The notes: a model not told the origin generated them from the letters alone. Shown: positions 17,564-27,553, numbered from the stretch's first letter. The stretch is DNA of 47,416 nt from a virus (IMGVR_UViG_3300027533_000037:1-47416), one strand, 5' to 3'. Numbers and translations: made by a program.

Positions 17564-18438
17564 TCCGCTGGGCAGCCCTTATTGCGGCGTTGCTGGCGGC
17601 CTCGCCTGTTGAGGCTCAGTGCCTCGGGTTTCAGTGCCCGCCGGGTGTGCTCGGAGGCGGTACGTCCGGTATGCCGCTGCCGCTGGACAGTTTCACGACA
17701 CCGAGTGGCGCCTATTCCTTCCGCAAGCTGAAAAGCACTTATAGCGGCCCGGCGATCCGTATACGGCGGGCGAGCGACAACCTGGAAACCGACATTAACT
17801 TCCTCGGGTTTGTGCCGGGTTTGGGTGCGCCGTGGGATGAAGCGGCGGCCAACGCGCACTGCGCTGCGACTACCTGCTTCATCCGCACCTGGTACGATCA
17901 GAGCGGCCTCGGACGGCACCTCAATCAGACGACAGCAGCCAACCAGCCGGCGTTGATTTTCAACTGCCAGGGTACGCTGCCGTGCGCACGATTGATTGCG
18001 CCGCAGGCGATTACCGGAGCGAGTGTGACGCCGGCGACGGGATTGGTCTCGATCAGCGTGGTGGCCAACCGGCGCACTGGCACGGCGAACTGTCTTTTCA
18101 TCGAGCAGAACGGTTTTGCCAACCGGATCACTGGCCAGAATACCGTGGCGAACTCATGGATATTGGCGGGCTCGACGGCGGCGTCTGTGGTGTTGGCGGA
18201 CACTGCGTGGCACGCGGTGCAGGGGGTGATCAACGGCGCCTCCAGCGCGATAAATGCGGATGGGGTGGATGCGACGGTCAGTGTCACAGGGACGGTAACG
18301 GCGGGCCAGCCGACCATCAGTGCGGTGGGGGCCAGCACCTGCGACGTGGCGGAGGCGGCGGTTTGGGACAATTACGGGCTGACGCTGGCTGAGCGGGCGG
18401 TGCTGAGCAGCAATCAGCGCGGGTTCTGGGGGTTTTGA
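17560..18438 (+). CDS. Signal-peptide protein with concanavalin/LamG-like (arabinofuranosidase-B catalytic-like) domain
   Basis: MIRWAALIAALLAASPVEA-Q..; GAYSFRKLKSTYSGPAIRIRRASDNLETDI and WYDQSG..HLNQTTAANQP motifs. Confidence 0.7.
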   Translation: MIRWAALIAALLAASPVEAQCLGFQCPPGVLGGGTSGMPLPLDSFTTPSGAYSFRKLKSTYSGPAIRIRRASDNLETDINFLGFVPGLGAPWDEAAANAHCAATTCFIRTWYDQSGLGRHLNQTTAANQPALIFNCQGTLPCARLIAPQAITGASVTPATGLVSISVVANRRTGTANCLFIEQNGFANRITGQNTVANSWILAGSTAASVVLADTAWHAVQGVINGASSAINADGVDATVSVTGTVTAGQPTISAVGASTCDVAEAAVWDNYGLTLAERAVLSSNQRGFWGF

Positions 18439-20000
18439 TGCGGAAAGCGATCCTGGCCGCCGCGCTTCTGATCCCTGCCCTGGCCCATGCCGATATGTAC
18501 CAGGACGGCAGCAACGCGGCGGTGAAGTCGCTGGGCAACATCAGCACGGCATCCGGCGGCGGCATCTATCCAGCCAAGGGCTACGGCTCCTGTACCTGGG
18601 AAGCGAGCAATGACGTCGGCGCCTGCATCAACGCCGCCGTAGCGGATACCACCGCTAAGGGTGGCGGCACGGTCATCGTGCCGGCCGGCACTTATGGGCT
18701 GACCCAGACGGTAAACCTGGCCGACAAGGTGCGCGTCGAGGGTGCCGGCGCGGCCAATTTTGGGCAGTGCGGCACGACCCTGAAGTGGCTTGGCGCGGCG
18801 GCTGGCACGATGGTCGCCGCCGGCAGTGATGCGGCCCAGGTGATGGCTGGGACCGGCTTTTCCGGCGCCTGTCTGGACGGCAACGGTTTGGCTGGCACCG
18901 GGATCAAGTGGCGCAGTGTCAATTACGGCATTTTTTCCCGGCTATACATTTACGGAGTGACAGCGAACGGCTGGGACATCGACATATCGGCGGCGGTCTC
19001 GGCTAAGGGCAATATGTTTAATGTCGTCGAGGACGCTTATACGGATCTGTTGGGCGCGCCGTCGTTGAACGCCAACGGCATGCTGATCGGGCCGGGCACC
19101 ACGGTGAACACAAACCGCAATATCTTTCGCAATTTCACCGTCACCTATCAGAATGGGAAAGGGATCATTTGCGGCAATGCCGACAGCAATGTCTGGGATC
19201 CGGCGCATATCGAGAGCGTCAGCGCGACGCCGGGGCCGAGCGTTGACATGCTTGGTAGCGCAGTGGATGTATTTCGGCCTTGCCGGAGCAATCGGTTTGC
19301 CGGGGAGTTCGGCACCGCCAATATTGCCGCCAGCCATCCGGTGGCGCGTGCTGGCACCTACCCCAGCCGCAACAATTGGTTATTTCAGAACCACGAGAGC
19401 GGGGCGCCGCCGCCGCTGATAGAGGCTGGCGCCACCTTGGCCTGGAGCAACAATCAGGGGCTGATGGATGTTGCCAGGATCGGATTGGGCGGCAACCCGG
19501 TAGGCGGCACCGGCACGATGAGCCTTTATGGTTCGACTAGCGGCACGATAACCGTGCAGCCCCCGGCGGTAGCCGGAACCAACACGCTGACCTTGCCGGC
19601 AGCCACCGGAACGCTTCTAACTGAGACAGCCTCTGCCTGGCAGCCTTATACGCCGGCAGTGTCTTGCGGTGTTGGCGCGGCGACACTGGGCACGATTGTC
19701 GGGCAGTACAAACAATATGGCAAGACGGTGCTGATGCAGGTCCAGGTGCCGATCACAACGGCTGGAACCTGTGATGGGCAGTTGGCGATAGACTTGCCGG
19801 TTTTCCCCGCCGCGGCAGTTGGCGAGTATTCGCTGCACGGACGGGTTGGCGTTGGGGCGTTCAGCGGCGCGGCGGTGTTTGGCATCATCAATGCGGTCAT
19901 CGGCAACACAAATCGGGTGCTGGTTTACAAATATGATGGCACGACCGTGGCGGCGAGTGGAGTTGCGGTAAATGTCGGCGGGACATATCAGGTGCCATGA
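18438..20000 (+). CDS. Beta-helix tailspike-like protein with signal peptide
   Basis: MRKAILAAALLIPALAHA-D..; pectate-lyase-3-like start CINAAV..GGGTVIVPAGTY..VRVEGAG; fibre-tip C-terminal domain. Confidence 0.75.
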   Translation: MRKAILAAALLIPALAHADMYQDGSNAAVKSLGNISTASGGGIYPAKGYGSCTWEASNDVGACINAAVADTTAKGGGTVIVPAGTYGLTQTVNLADKVRVEGAGAANFGQCGTTLKWLGAAAGTMVAAGSDAAQVMAGTGFSGACLDGNGLAGTGIKWRSVNYGIFSRLYIYGVTANGWDIDISAAVSAKGNMFNVVEDAYTDLLGAPSLNANGMLIGPGTTVNTNRNIFRNFTVTYQNGKGIICGNADSNVWDPAHIESVSATPGPSVDMLGSAVDVFRPCRSNRFAGEFGTANIAASHPVARAGTYPSRNNWLFQNHESGAPPPLIEAGATLAWSNNQGLMDVARIGLGGNPVGGTGTMSLYGSTSGTITVQPPAVAGTNTLTLPAATGTLLTETASAWQPYTPAVSCGVGAATLGTIVGQYKQYGKTVLMQVQVPITTAGTCDGQLAIDLPVFPAAAVGEYSLHGRVGVGAFSGAAVFGIINAVIGNTNRVLVYKYDGTTVAASGVAVNVGGTYQVP

Positions 20001-21916
20001 TGCGCCGCCTCATCCTCGCCGCGATAGCTGTGCTGCTGGCGTCCCCCGTGTGGGCGCAGCAGGTGCCGAACCCGATGTCGAAGGACGGGGCGAATGCGCA
20101 GTTGCCGGAGGCGTTGGGCAATCTGGGGCTTCGCACGCCGGCCGTCTGCGACGGCAAGTCCGGCGAGAACGGCACGACGACGAGCGGTAGTGCGGCGTTC
20201 ACCAGCGCGACGGCAAACTTCGCGGCATCTGATGTCGGCAAGCCGATCAGCATCAACGGCGCTGGGCCGACGCAGTATTTCGGCAACGCGACGATAGCGG
20301 CCGGCGGCTCGGGCTATGCCAGGGGCGACACGATAGTCCTGGCTGGCGGCACAGGCACCCCGTCCACCCTCGTGGTGCGGGCTGTGACGGGTGGCGCGAT
20401 TACCGCGGTGGCAGGGCTGGCCGGCAGTCTCGGCAGCTATACGGCTCCGCCGGCCAGCCCTGTAGCGCAGGCATCGACATCCGGCACCGGCACCGGTGCC
20501 ACCTTCACGGCATCGTGGCTTAGGGACAATCTGGTGACGACGGTGAGCGCGGTTGGCGGCCCGACAACAGCAACCCTGACGGCGACGGCGTCGGCCAATA
20601 CCACGGGCGCGATGTGGGGCAGTGGCACCGACTACGCGGTCCAGATCAACGCGGCGATTGCCACAGGCGACAAGGTGAGCCTGCCGAAGGGTAAGTGCGG
20701 CATCGCCTCTTCGCTGGTGGTGGGGAGCTTGCAAAGCATCGAGGGCAACGGCACGGGCGGCTACGGCGCGGCGCCGACCGAAGTGCTCTGGCTAGGTCCG
20801 GTCGGCGGCACGATGCTGGATATGAACGGCACGACATTGCCGGTCAACGGTACGCGGGTTGGACCGTTCAATCTGCTGGGTTTGGGGGCGGCAAGTTACG
20901 GTGGCCGGTTTCGAGCGGTGGCGCACAGCACGGTCAACCTCCAGACCAGGGCGGTGAAGGACTTCGCCTTCAGCTTTGAGGAGAGCAGTGTCGCGCCGGG
21001 TTCTTGGGACACGTTCTTTAACGACTTTAAGGTGGTGGCGGTGAATCTGCACGTCAGTGCCCGTAACGCGGTGGGGCTGCACTTCCCGAAGGCGGTGTTG
21101 TCGAACGGGGCGCACGATGCCAACGGCAACAACTTCTACAACACGGCGGTGTATCATCAGGACGGCAACGGGATCGACCTGCAAGAAGGCTATATGAACA
21201 ACTTTTACCTGACCCAGATTTTCCGGGGCACGGGTAACGGTTGGGGTATCCGGTTTGGCGGCAACCTGACCGGCTCGACGATGCGGTCGCACGGCAACAA
21301 TTTCTACGATTTGATCACCCAGGGCGATGTGCTGTCGGAGGGCGGCAACTGGCCGGCGATGGGGAATGTGATCGACCCGTGGGACAGTCAGGCTTTCGGC
21401 AGCGTGGCGATTGTCGAGACAGGCAGCACGCTGTACTGCACAACTAACGGGGTATGGAGCGACAAGCGCCGCAGCAGCGAGTTCTGCACGCGATCGGCCT
21501 TTGGGCAGTTGAACGCGGGCAACCCGACGCCGACGACGGATGCGGTGGATTACCGGATATTGGCGGTGAACAGTTTCACCCCGACCCGCAGCGGCAATAT
21601 GACGATGATGGCGACGGGGACGCTGGCGAACCCGACGGTGGGTTCGGGGGCATTGCTCACTGGGTATTACGGCACCGGCACAGCGCCCGCCAACGGCGAC
21701 CTGGCGACATCGGCGGGCACGGTGCGGTTTCGTTGCGGCGGGTTCCCTGGGGTAGTCAACCCGGCCGGGGCCACGATGACGGTGCCGTTCACCCTGGATT
21801 GCACGGTGCCGGGGTTTAACCAGGGGCCGTGGTGGTTTGCGCTCGCGGGGCGGGTGCTGACCAGCGGCAGCGTGGTGACGCAGAACGTATACCTGTCGCA
21901 CCGCGAGGCGCCGTGA
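19997..21916 (+). CDS. Beta-helix tailspike-like protein with signal peptide
   Basis: MMRRLILAAIAVLLASPVWA-QQ..; GTDYAVQINAAIATGDKVSLPKGKCGI..SIEGNG beta-helix start; Asn ladders. Confidence 0.75.
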   Translation: MMRRLILAAIAVLLASPVWAQQVPNPMSKDGANAQLPEALGNLGLRTPAVCDGKSGENGTTTSGSAAFTSATANFAASDVGKPISINGAGPTQYFGNATIAAGGSGYARGDTIVLAGGTGTPSTLVVRAVTGGAITAVAGLAGSLGSYTAPPASPVAQASTSGTGTGATFTASWLRDNLVTTVSAVGGPTTATLTATASANTTGAMWGSGTDYAVQINAAIATGDKVSLPKGKCGIASSLVVGSLQSIEGNGTGGYGAAPTEVLWLGPVGGTMLDMNGTTLPVNGTRVGPFNLLGLGAASYGGRFRAVAHSTVNLQTRAVKDFAFSFEESSVAPGSWDTFFNDFKVVAVNLHVSARNAVGLHFPKAVLSNGAHDANGNNFYNTAVYHQDGNGIDLQEGYMNNFYLTQIFRGTGNGWGIRFGGNLTGSTMRSHGNNFYDLITQGDVLSEGGNWPAMGNVIDPWDSQAFGSVAIVETGSTLYCTTNGVWSDKRRSSEFCTRSAFGQLNAGNPTPTTDAVDYRILAVNSFTPTRSGNMTMMATGTLANPTVGSGALLTGYYGTGTAPANGDLATSAGTVRFRCGGFPGVVNPAGATMTVPFTLDCTVPGFNQGPWWFALAGRVLTSGSVVTQNVYLSHREAP

Positions 21917-22024
21917 TGCGCCGCAACGCGATCAACTACCACTGCACCGCGCGGGCCGGCGGGTGAGGTGGCGCCAAGCCAGGAGACCCGGCTGGTGGTC
22001 CGGCGCTGACGGCGGCGGCGTGAT

Positions 22025-22264
22025 GTGGAGCCGATAGCGCTGGCGATTTGCGCGATGGCTCTGCTGCACCGGATCGATGGCGGTGCGGTGGCGGTGGCGC
22101 CGGGCCAGGTCACCTCGCTGCACGGCAAGGCGCCGGCCAACGCGAGCAACAAAGCAGTGGCGGCCGGGGCGCGCTGCGTGATCTGGCTGACAGATGGCAA
22201 GCTGCTCTCGGTGATCGAGTCGTGCGAGCAGGTGCGTCGGTTGTTGGAAGAGGCGAAGTGCTGA
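22025..22264 (+). CDS. Hypothetical protein (79 aa)
   Basis: Coding-like; CVIWLTDGKLLSVIESCEQVRRLL. Confidence 0.55.
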   Translation: MEPIALAICAMALLHRIDGGAVAVAPGQVTSLHGKAPANASNKAVAAGARCVIWLTDGKLLSVIESCEQVRRLLEEAKC

Positions 22265-22279
22265 GCCAGGGAGGCGGCC

Positions 22280-22438
22280 GTGATCCTCACAATTTTATTT
22301 ACTGTCACGTTATTTATTTGGTTCCTCACTTTACTGCCTTTCCCACCGCTACAACCATACGCGGCAGGTAGTCAGTTTCTTGCCTTTATTGCCGTGTTGT
22401 TGTTGGGCCTGTTCCTGTTCGTCCCCGGACTGCGTTGA
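22280..22438 (+). CDS. Small two-TM membrane protein, holin candidate (52 aa; not in ORF track)
   Basis: GGAGG RBS then GTG; MILTILFTVTLFIWFLTLLPFPPLQPYAAGSQFLAFIAVLLLGLFLFVPGLR; locally AT-rich. Confidence 0.65.
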   Translation: MILTILFTVTLFIWFLTLLPFPPLQPYAAGSQFLAFIAVLLLGLFLFVPGLR

Positions 22439-22448
22439 GAGATCGAAC

Positions 22449-22655
22449 ATGCGAGGCGACATGACTGAGCGGGAGGAACGTATCCGCGCCCTGGCGCACC
22501 GGATGTGGGAAGAGGCCGGGCGACCGGAGGGCCAGGACGAGTATTTCTGGCAGAAGGCCGAGGCCGAGATCGACGCGGCCGATGTGATCCGTGGGGTGCC
22601 GCGGCGCTGGGGTGAATGGCAATGGCCTGGATGGACGATGCTGTCGGCCGGCTGA
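22449..22655 (+). CDS. DUF2934-domain protein
   Basis: EERIRALAHRMWEEAGRPEGQDEYFWQKAEAEI signature. Confidence 0.8.
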   Translation: MRGDMTEREERIRALAHRMWEEAGRPEGQDEYFWQKAEAEIDAADVIRGVPRRWGEWQWPGWTMLSAG

Positions 22656-23160
22656 TGATGCAGATGCAGCTGCGGTCGCTGATGGGCGGCAACCAACGGT
22701 GAAGATCGCCTGCGCTTGGTCGCCCCTGGCCGAGGTGCTGGCTGAGCCGAACCTGCCCGACCTGATCCGCTCCTACTGGGAGGAATTGAGCCCGCACCCC
22801 GCGCTCGTCTGCGATCCCGACTGGCCGCTGATGCTGACGATGGAGGCCGAGGGGCGGTTCAAGGTGTGGACCTGCCGGGTCGACGGCACCCTGGCGGGGT
22901 TCATCGCGTTCCACTTCATGACGCACATCGCCTATAGGAGCACGGTCCTGGCGATCGACGCCGGGCACTACCTGGGAAGCGCGTGGCGCAACCGGGGCCG
23001 GATCGGTTACAATATGTGGCGCAGCGTCAAGCCGGCGCTGAAGGCGGAGGGAGCGGTCCTCGCCATGCTGCACGACAATGCCGCGCGTCCGCTGATGCCG
23101 TTCTTCCTGTCGCTGGGTGCCGAGCCGTTCTCGACGATCTACTGGTGGGATTTGGAGTAG
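22591..23160 (+). CDS. GNAT-fold acetyltransferase-like protein (start uncertain)
   Basis: WTCRVDGTLAGFI..YLGSAWRNRGRIGYNM..FFLSLG; such genes often precede ejection proteins. Confidence 0.65.
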   Translation: MGCRGAGVNGNGLDGRCCRPADDADAAAVADGRQPTVKIACAWSPLAEVLAEPNLPDLIRSYWEELSPHPALVCDPDWPLMLTMEAEGRFKVWTCRVDGTLAGFIAFHFMTHIAYRSTVLAIDAGHYLGSAWRNRGRIGYNMWRSVKPALKAEGAVLAMLHDNAARPLMPFFLSLGAEPFSTIYWWDLE

Positions 23161-23164
23161 CCGA

Positions 23165-24646
23165 ATGCAGAGCATGGGCGCAGGCGGCTCGGGCAGCAGC
23201 GGAGGCAGCCCGTCGGTATTTTTGCCGCCAAATCAGGGTGCGGCGGCCGAGACGTGGGGAAACCTGCTGGGGCCTCTCGCCGGGGTCGCGGGGAATGCCG
23301 GGGCCGGCACGCCGGGCGCATGGGCCTACCCGCAATCGCAGTCGCTCTACCCGACCGGCTACAACCAGGTCTCGCAGTTCCTGACCGGCTCGCCCTACGG
23401 CCCGACCCTCTACGACCAGAACATGGGCACCGCCGTCGGCTCGGCGACGAACGCCTATAACAATTTCCTGCCGACCTACGGCGCGGTGACCGGGGCGATC
23501 CCCGGCTTCGTCGGAGGCGCGACCGCCGGCATGCCGTACCTGCCGCAGACGCTGGAAAACGCTTTCTCGCCGTACTACGGGACGATGGTGCAGGCGGCGG
23601 CCGACAACCCGCTCTATCCGCAGGCGATGACCGGCGCGTCTCAGGCGGCGGCCTACGGCGGGCAGGGCGCGCAGGACATGATGACGCAAGCCCGGGCGCT
23701 GATGATGTCTGGCTTCGACCCGCAGGCCGGCCTCTACAACCGGGGCCAGCAGCAGCTCCTCGACAAGTCGAATGCGGTCAACGCGATGTCGGGTCTATCC
23801 GGTCCCTACGCCGCCGGGGTCACCAGCAACGCGCTCGGCAATTACGAAATCAACTGGCAGAACCAGCAGCTGGGGCGCCAGGCGCAGGCGGCGCAGGCGT
23901 CATCGCCCCTCTTTACTGGCGCGACCAACCTCGCCTACGGCTCGGCGCAGATGCCGAACCAGGTCTACATGAAACAAATCTCCGACGTGCTCGCCGCGCT
24001 CGAGGCGCAGAACCGGGCCGGGCAGAGCGGCGTCTCGAGCTACGGCGGCATGATCGACGCCATCGGCCGGGGTCTTCAGGGCGGCCTAGGCCTCGGCACG
24101 ACCGGGGCGCAGGGCCTGACCTCGATCGGCGGCGCGCCCTACTCGACCGGCGCCACCATCGCCAACAATTCGCTCAGCGGCCTCGGCAACCTGAACAGCA
24201 TGCTGACCAGTTCGACCGCGATGGGAAATCAGCAGTACACGCTGCCGATTGAAGTGATGAACCAGCTCGCCAAGTACATGGGCCTCGGGCAAACGGCCTC
24301 CGGCATCAACAACCAACTCGGTCAGAGCGCATTCAACCAGCAGGCGTCCGGCATCGGCGGCCTTCTCAGTGGGGCGAACATGCTGTTCAACCCGACTAGC
24401 GGCTGGTTCCCCGGTGCGATTGGCGGCCTGATGGGCCTGTTCGGTTCCGACCGGCGGCTGAAGCGCGACATCGAGCGGATCGGGCGGTTGCGCAACGGCC
24501 TGCCGGTGTACCGCTTCCGCTATCACTGGAGCGGGCGCTCGACGATCGGGCTGATGGCCGATGAGGTGGAGCGCGTCCATCCGCGCGCCGTGGCCGCGGG
24601 GCCGGGCGGCTTCAAGATGGTCAATTACGCCCTGGCGGTGGGGTAA
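23165..24646 (+). CDS. Internal virion/ejection protein with C-terminal S74-like autocleaving chaperone domain
   Basis: G/A/Q/N-rich helical body; SDRRLKRDIERIG..NGLPVYRFRY..IGLMADEVERVHPRAV..VNY. Confidence 0.75.
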   Translation: MQSMGAGGSGSSGGSPSVFLPPNQGAAAETWGNLLGPLAGVAGNAGAGTPGAWAYPQSQSLYPTGYNQVSQFLTGSPYGPTLYDQNMGTAVGSATNAYNNFLPTYGAVTGAIPGFVGGATAGMPYLPQTLENAFSPYYGTMVQAAADNPLYPQAMTGASQAAAYGGQGAQDMMTQARALMMSGFDPQAGLYNRGQQQLLDKSNAVNAMSGLSGPYAAGVTSNALGNYEINWQNQQLGRQAQAAQASSPLFTGATNLAYGSAQMPNQVYMKQISDVLAALEAQNRAGQSGVSSYGGMIDAIGRGLQGGLGLGTTGAQGLTSIGGAPYSTGATIANNSLSGLGNLNSMLTSSTAMGNQQYTLPIEVMNQLAKYMGLGQTASGINNQLGQSAFNQQASGIGGLLSGANMLFNPTSGWFPGAIGGLMGLFGSDRRLKRDIERIGRLRNGLPVYRFRYHWSGRSTIGLMADEVERVHPRAVAAGPGGFKMVNYALAVG

Positions 24647-24818
24647 GGAGATGGCCCTCGGGACATGGCGTCAGTTCGCCCCGCCTTGCGGCTTCACCCG
24701 CCCATGTCTCGACGGGACTGTCGGTCCCGTTAGTCTTCCCGTGGCCCCCGACAGAGGCCCTGGACGGTCGTATCCCCGAGGGTATTGGGGGCAATACACG
24801 AGCGAGGTGAGGTAGGCA

Positions 24819-25220
24819 ATGCCGGAATGGCTCATGGCCTTCCTGCGGATGGCGCAGCAGCAGCAACCGCAGGGGGGCGCGTTCGATCCGATGTACGGAT
24901 TGCCCGATTCGATGGGGGCGACTCCGGCTGGGGCGGGTGGCCAGGGCGACCCGGTGCTTGGTCTGTTCAATCAGCAGATGCCGGGGTGGAACCGTTTCCA
25001 CATGAACCGCTACCCGGAGATGTTCCGCGGCACCAACCGGGCGTTTCAGGGGCCGATGACGGGCGATCCGGTGCTCGCGCCTCCGCGCCTGCCGCCGGTA
25101 ACCATGCCAAGCATCCTCGGCGTGGACCCGGGAACGGGGGCCGGCATCCCGCCTGGCGGCTGGATGGCGCGGCCGCCGCTGCCGTCCCTTGAGGAAATCC
25201 TTTACGGGCGGAGAACCTGA
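24819..25220 (+). CDS. Hypothetical protein (133 aa)
   Basis: GAGG RBS; coupled to the next gene; P/G/M-rich. Confidence 0.6.
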   Translation: MPEWLMAFLRMAQQQQPQGGAFDPMYGLPDSMGATPAGAGGQGDPVLGLFNQQMPGWNRFHMNRYPEMFRGTNRAFQGPMTGDPVLAPPRLPPVTMPSILGVDPGTGAGIPPGGWMARPPLPSLEEILYGRRT

Positions 25221-27553
25221 TGTTCAATCTCGCGGCCCTCGGCGCCGGCATCGGGCAGTTCGCGCAGCAGCAGCAACAGGAGCGCGAGAACCAGGTCCGC
25301 ACCCTGATGCTGCAAATGCAGCTGCGAAAATTCCAGCAGGAACAGGAACAGCTGGGCCGCGAGCAGCAAGCGGCGAGCGGGCTGTGGGCTGCCGGGCTGG
25401 GCGGCGGCCTCGATCTAGGACAACCAGCGCCGATTCGGGGACTGCCCCAGACCGCTCCCGCGCCACAGGGCGGCCGGCCCAGTGCGGCGTCTGCCCCGGG
25501 CATGGGCGGCGGCATGCGGGCCGGCGGGGCGCTGACCGCAAAGTTCGATCCCAACGATCCGGTCGAGTTCATTCCGCCATTCGAGAGCGGCAACCGAAAC
25601 ATCATGCAGGGGGTTGTTGGCCCCAACGGCGGGTACAACCCATCGGTGGGGAGCGTCACCGGGCCTTCTTCTGCTGGCGGCTATTGGCAGATCACCGACC
25701 CAACGTGGGCCGATTTTGCCCCCAAAGCCGGCGTCGACTTGGCCAAATACCCAACCGCAATCTCGGCTCCTCGCCCGGTACAGAAGGCCGTTGCTAACGC
25801 CATCTACCGTGAAACCGGATTTAGCCGGTGGGCACCTTACAACAAGCGTTTGGCGGCGGCGCTACAGGGTCTTGATCTTGGCTCGACCTCGGCGGGCGCC
25901 GACCTTGCTGCCGGCTCCGGGCAATTCGAGGTGCCCCAGGACATGGCGGCGGGACTTGGTGGACCGAGGCCAACTGGTCCGCCGGATACGCTTATGGCGA
26001 GCCCGGGTCAGGTCGCGGCCCAGCCGCAACTGGCATCGGTCGGCTCCGGCCCGCTCGTTACCGATCCCTACGATCCCAAATTCGGCTTTAGACGCGACGC
26101 CGGCCAAGCCGCCGCGCCCCCGGCCGCGTCCCAGACGGGGGGTACGCAGGCCGCGCAGGCCGACCCGATGCAGGTCGTTGACCAGCAGGCGACGGCCGGC
26201 GTCCAGAGCGCGGCCAAGGGAATTGACTCCTCTGTGATGGGCCGCCTCAGCACACAGGAGATGATGCGGCGGATCGACAAGGCGATGCCGAACGCCGATC
26301 CCCTGACAAAATTTCGCGCGCTGGAGAAGGCGCAGAAGATGCTGGCGCCGGATCAGCAGGTGCAATTCCAGATGTGGAAGATGCAGCATCAGGAGGAATT
26401 GCGGGCTGCCCTCGCAAAATTCCAGCAAGATCAGATCAACCTGCGCACGGAGGATAGAGCCAAGCAGCAGGAGAAGATGTACGAGCAGCGGCTACAGGAT
26501 GCGCCCGGCACGATCATGCAAACCGATAGGGGGCCGGTGCGCATCCGTCCCGGCAGCAATGTGGGCGAGCCGATTGACCTTGGAGGCGCCAAGGTCATAA
26601 GTGCGGGCGCCATCAGTAAGCCAGACTTGCTTGAGATCAAGAAAGAGGATGGCACGACCGAGCGCGTGGAGGCCCAGCAGATCCGAGAAACGGGGCAGTG
26701 GGTCACGGCCGACGAGCGCCGGACTCCGATCGACGTGTCTCAGGGCTACACGGTCCTCCCCAAAGGGGGCAGTGGCGGCAGGCAGGGCGAGCAGCAGGCG
26801 GCGCGCATCACCTCCGCCGCCAACCTGCTGAGCTTCGAGCTTGGCAATATGATGGGGCTGCCGGCGATGTCGACAGCCAGCATATTCCAGGGGGTTGAGT
26901 CGACGCCCGGCAGGCACCTGGGAGAATCGTTGAAGCGGACCTTTGCCGCCAAGTTGACGCCAGAAACCGCGACTGATCTGGCAACCTCCTACCAGGGCAT
27001 CTCCCGCGCCGTAGCCGCTCTGGAATCGGGCGGCGCGGCTACCGGCCTCGTCGGGTTGACCAAGGCGTCAGAGGTCTACATGCCGCAGCCGACCGATACA
27101 GTGGGCAACGTCTGGCGCAAATTCGCGACACTGCGGGGCGTGCTGGAGCGCTCCCTTCAGGCCGCCGCCTCAGCCAAGGATGTCACCCCAGAGCGGAAGA
27201 AGCTCTACGAGCAGATCAAAGCCGAGGTCGCGGCCAATATACCGTGGACCGTCGAGGAGGTGACCAAGCTGACGAGCGGCAACGTGCAGACCTACAAGCA
27301 GCTGTTCGAGAAGACACAGCACAGGATCGAGCAGAAGGCCGAGGGGAAGGCTGCTGGTGCCGCCGCTGCGCCGGCCGCCGCGGGACCGCCGCCGGAAGCG
27401 ATACAGATGTTGCGCCAGGACGCCTCACCGGCGCGTCGCCAACAGTTCGACAGCGTGTTTGGCCCGGGGGCCGCCGATCGCGTGCTTGGATCTCCAGCCG
27501 TTCCGCCCGCGGCGGGGCTGGAGTTCACCGCGCCGATCCCGCCCCCGCAATAG
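25220..27553 (+). CDS. Internal virion/ejection protein with lytic transglycosylase (Rpf-like) domain
   Basis: FESGNRNI..SSAGGYWQITDPTW..YPTAISAPRPVQKAVANAIY..GFSRWAPY. Confidence 0.75.
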   Translation: MFNLAALGAGIGQFAQQQQQERENQVRTLMLQMQLRKFQQEQEQLGREQQAASGLWAAGLGGGLDLGQPAPIRGLPQTAPAPQGGRPSAASAPGMGGGMRAGGALTAKFDPNDPVEFIPPFESGNRNIMQGVVGPNGGYNPSVGSVTGPSSAGGYWQITDPTWADFAPKAGVDLAKYPTAISAPRPVQKAVANAIYRETGFSRWAPYNKRLAAALQGLDLGSTSAGADLAAGSGQFEVPQDMAAGLGGPRPTGPPDTLMASPGQVAAQPQLASVGSGPLVTDPYDPKFGFRRDAGQAAAPPAASQTGGTQAAQADPMQVVDQQATAGVQSAAKGIDSSVMGRLSTQEMMRRIDKAMPNADPLTKFRALEKAQKMLAPDQQVQFQMWKMQHQEELRAALAKFQQDQINLRTEDRAKQQEKMYEQRLQDAPGTIMQTDRGPVRIRPGSNVGEPIDLGGAKVISAGAISKPDLLEIKKEDGTTERVEAQQIRETGQWVTADERRTPIDVSQGYTVLPKGGSGGRQGEQQAARITSAANLLSFELGNMMGLPAMSTASIFQGVESTPGRHLGESLKRTFAAKLTPETATDLATSYQGISRAVAALESGGAATGLVGLTKASEVYMPQPTDTVGNVWRKFATLRGVLERSLQAAASAKDVTPERKKLYEQIKAEVAANIPWTVEEVTKLTSGNVQTYKQLFEKTQHRIEQKAEGKAAGAAAAPAAAGPPPEAIQMLRQDASPARRQQFDSVFGPGAADRVLGSPAVPPAAGLEFTAPIPPPQ

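Noticed and set aside
14188-21916. Diversity-generating retroelement or invertible fibre cassette
   Set aside because: No reverse transcriptase, recombinase or template/variable repeat pair seen.
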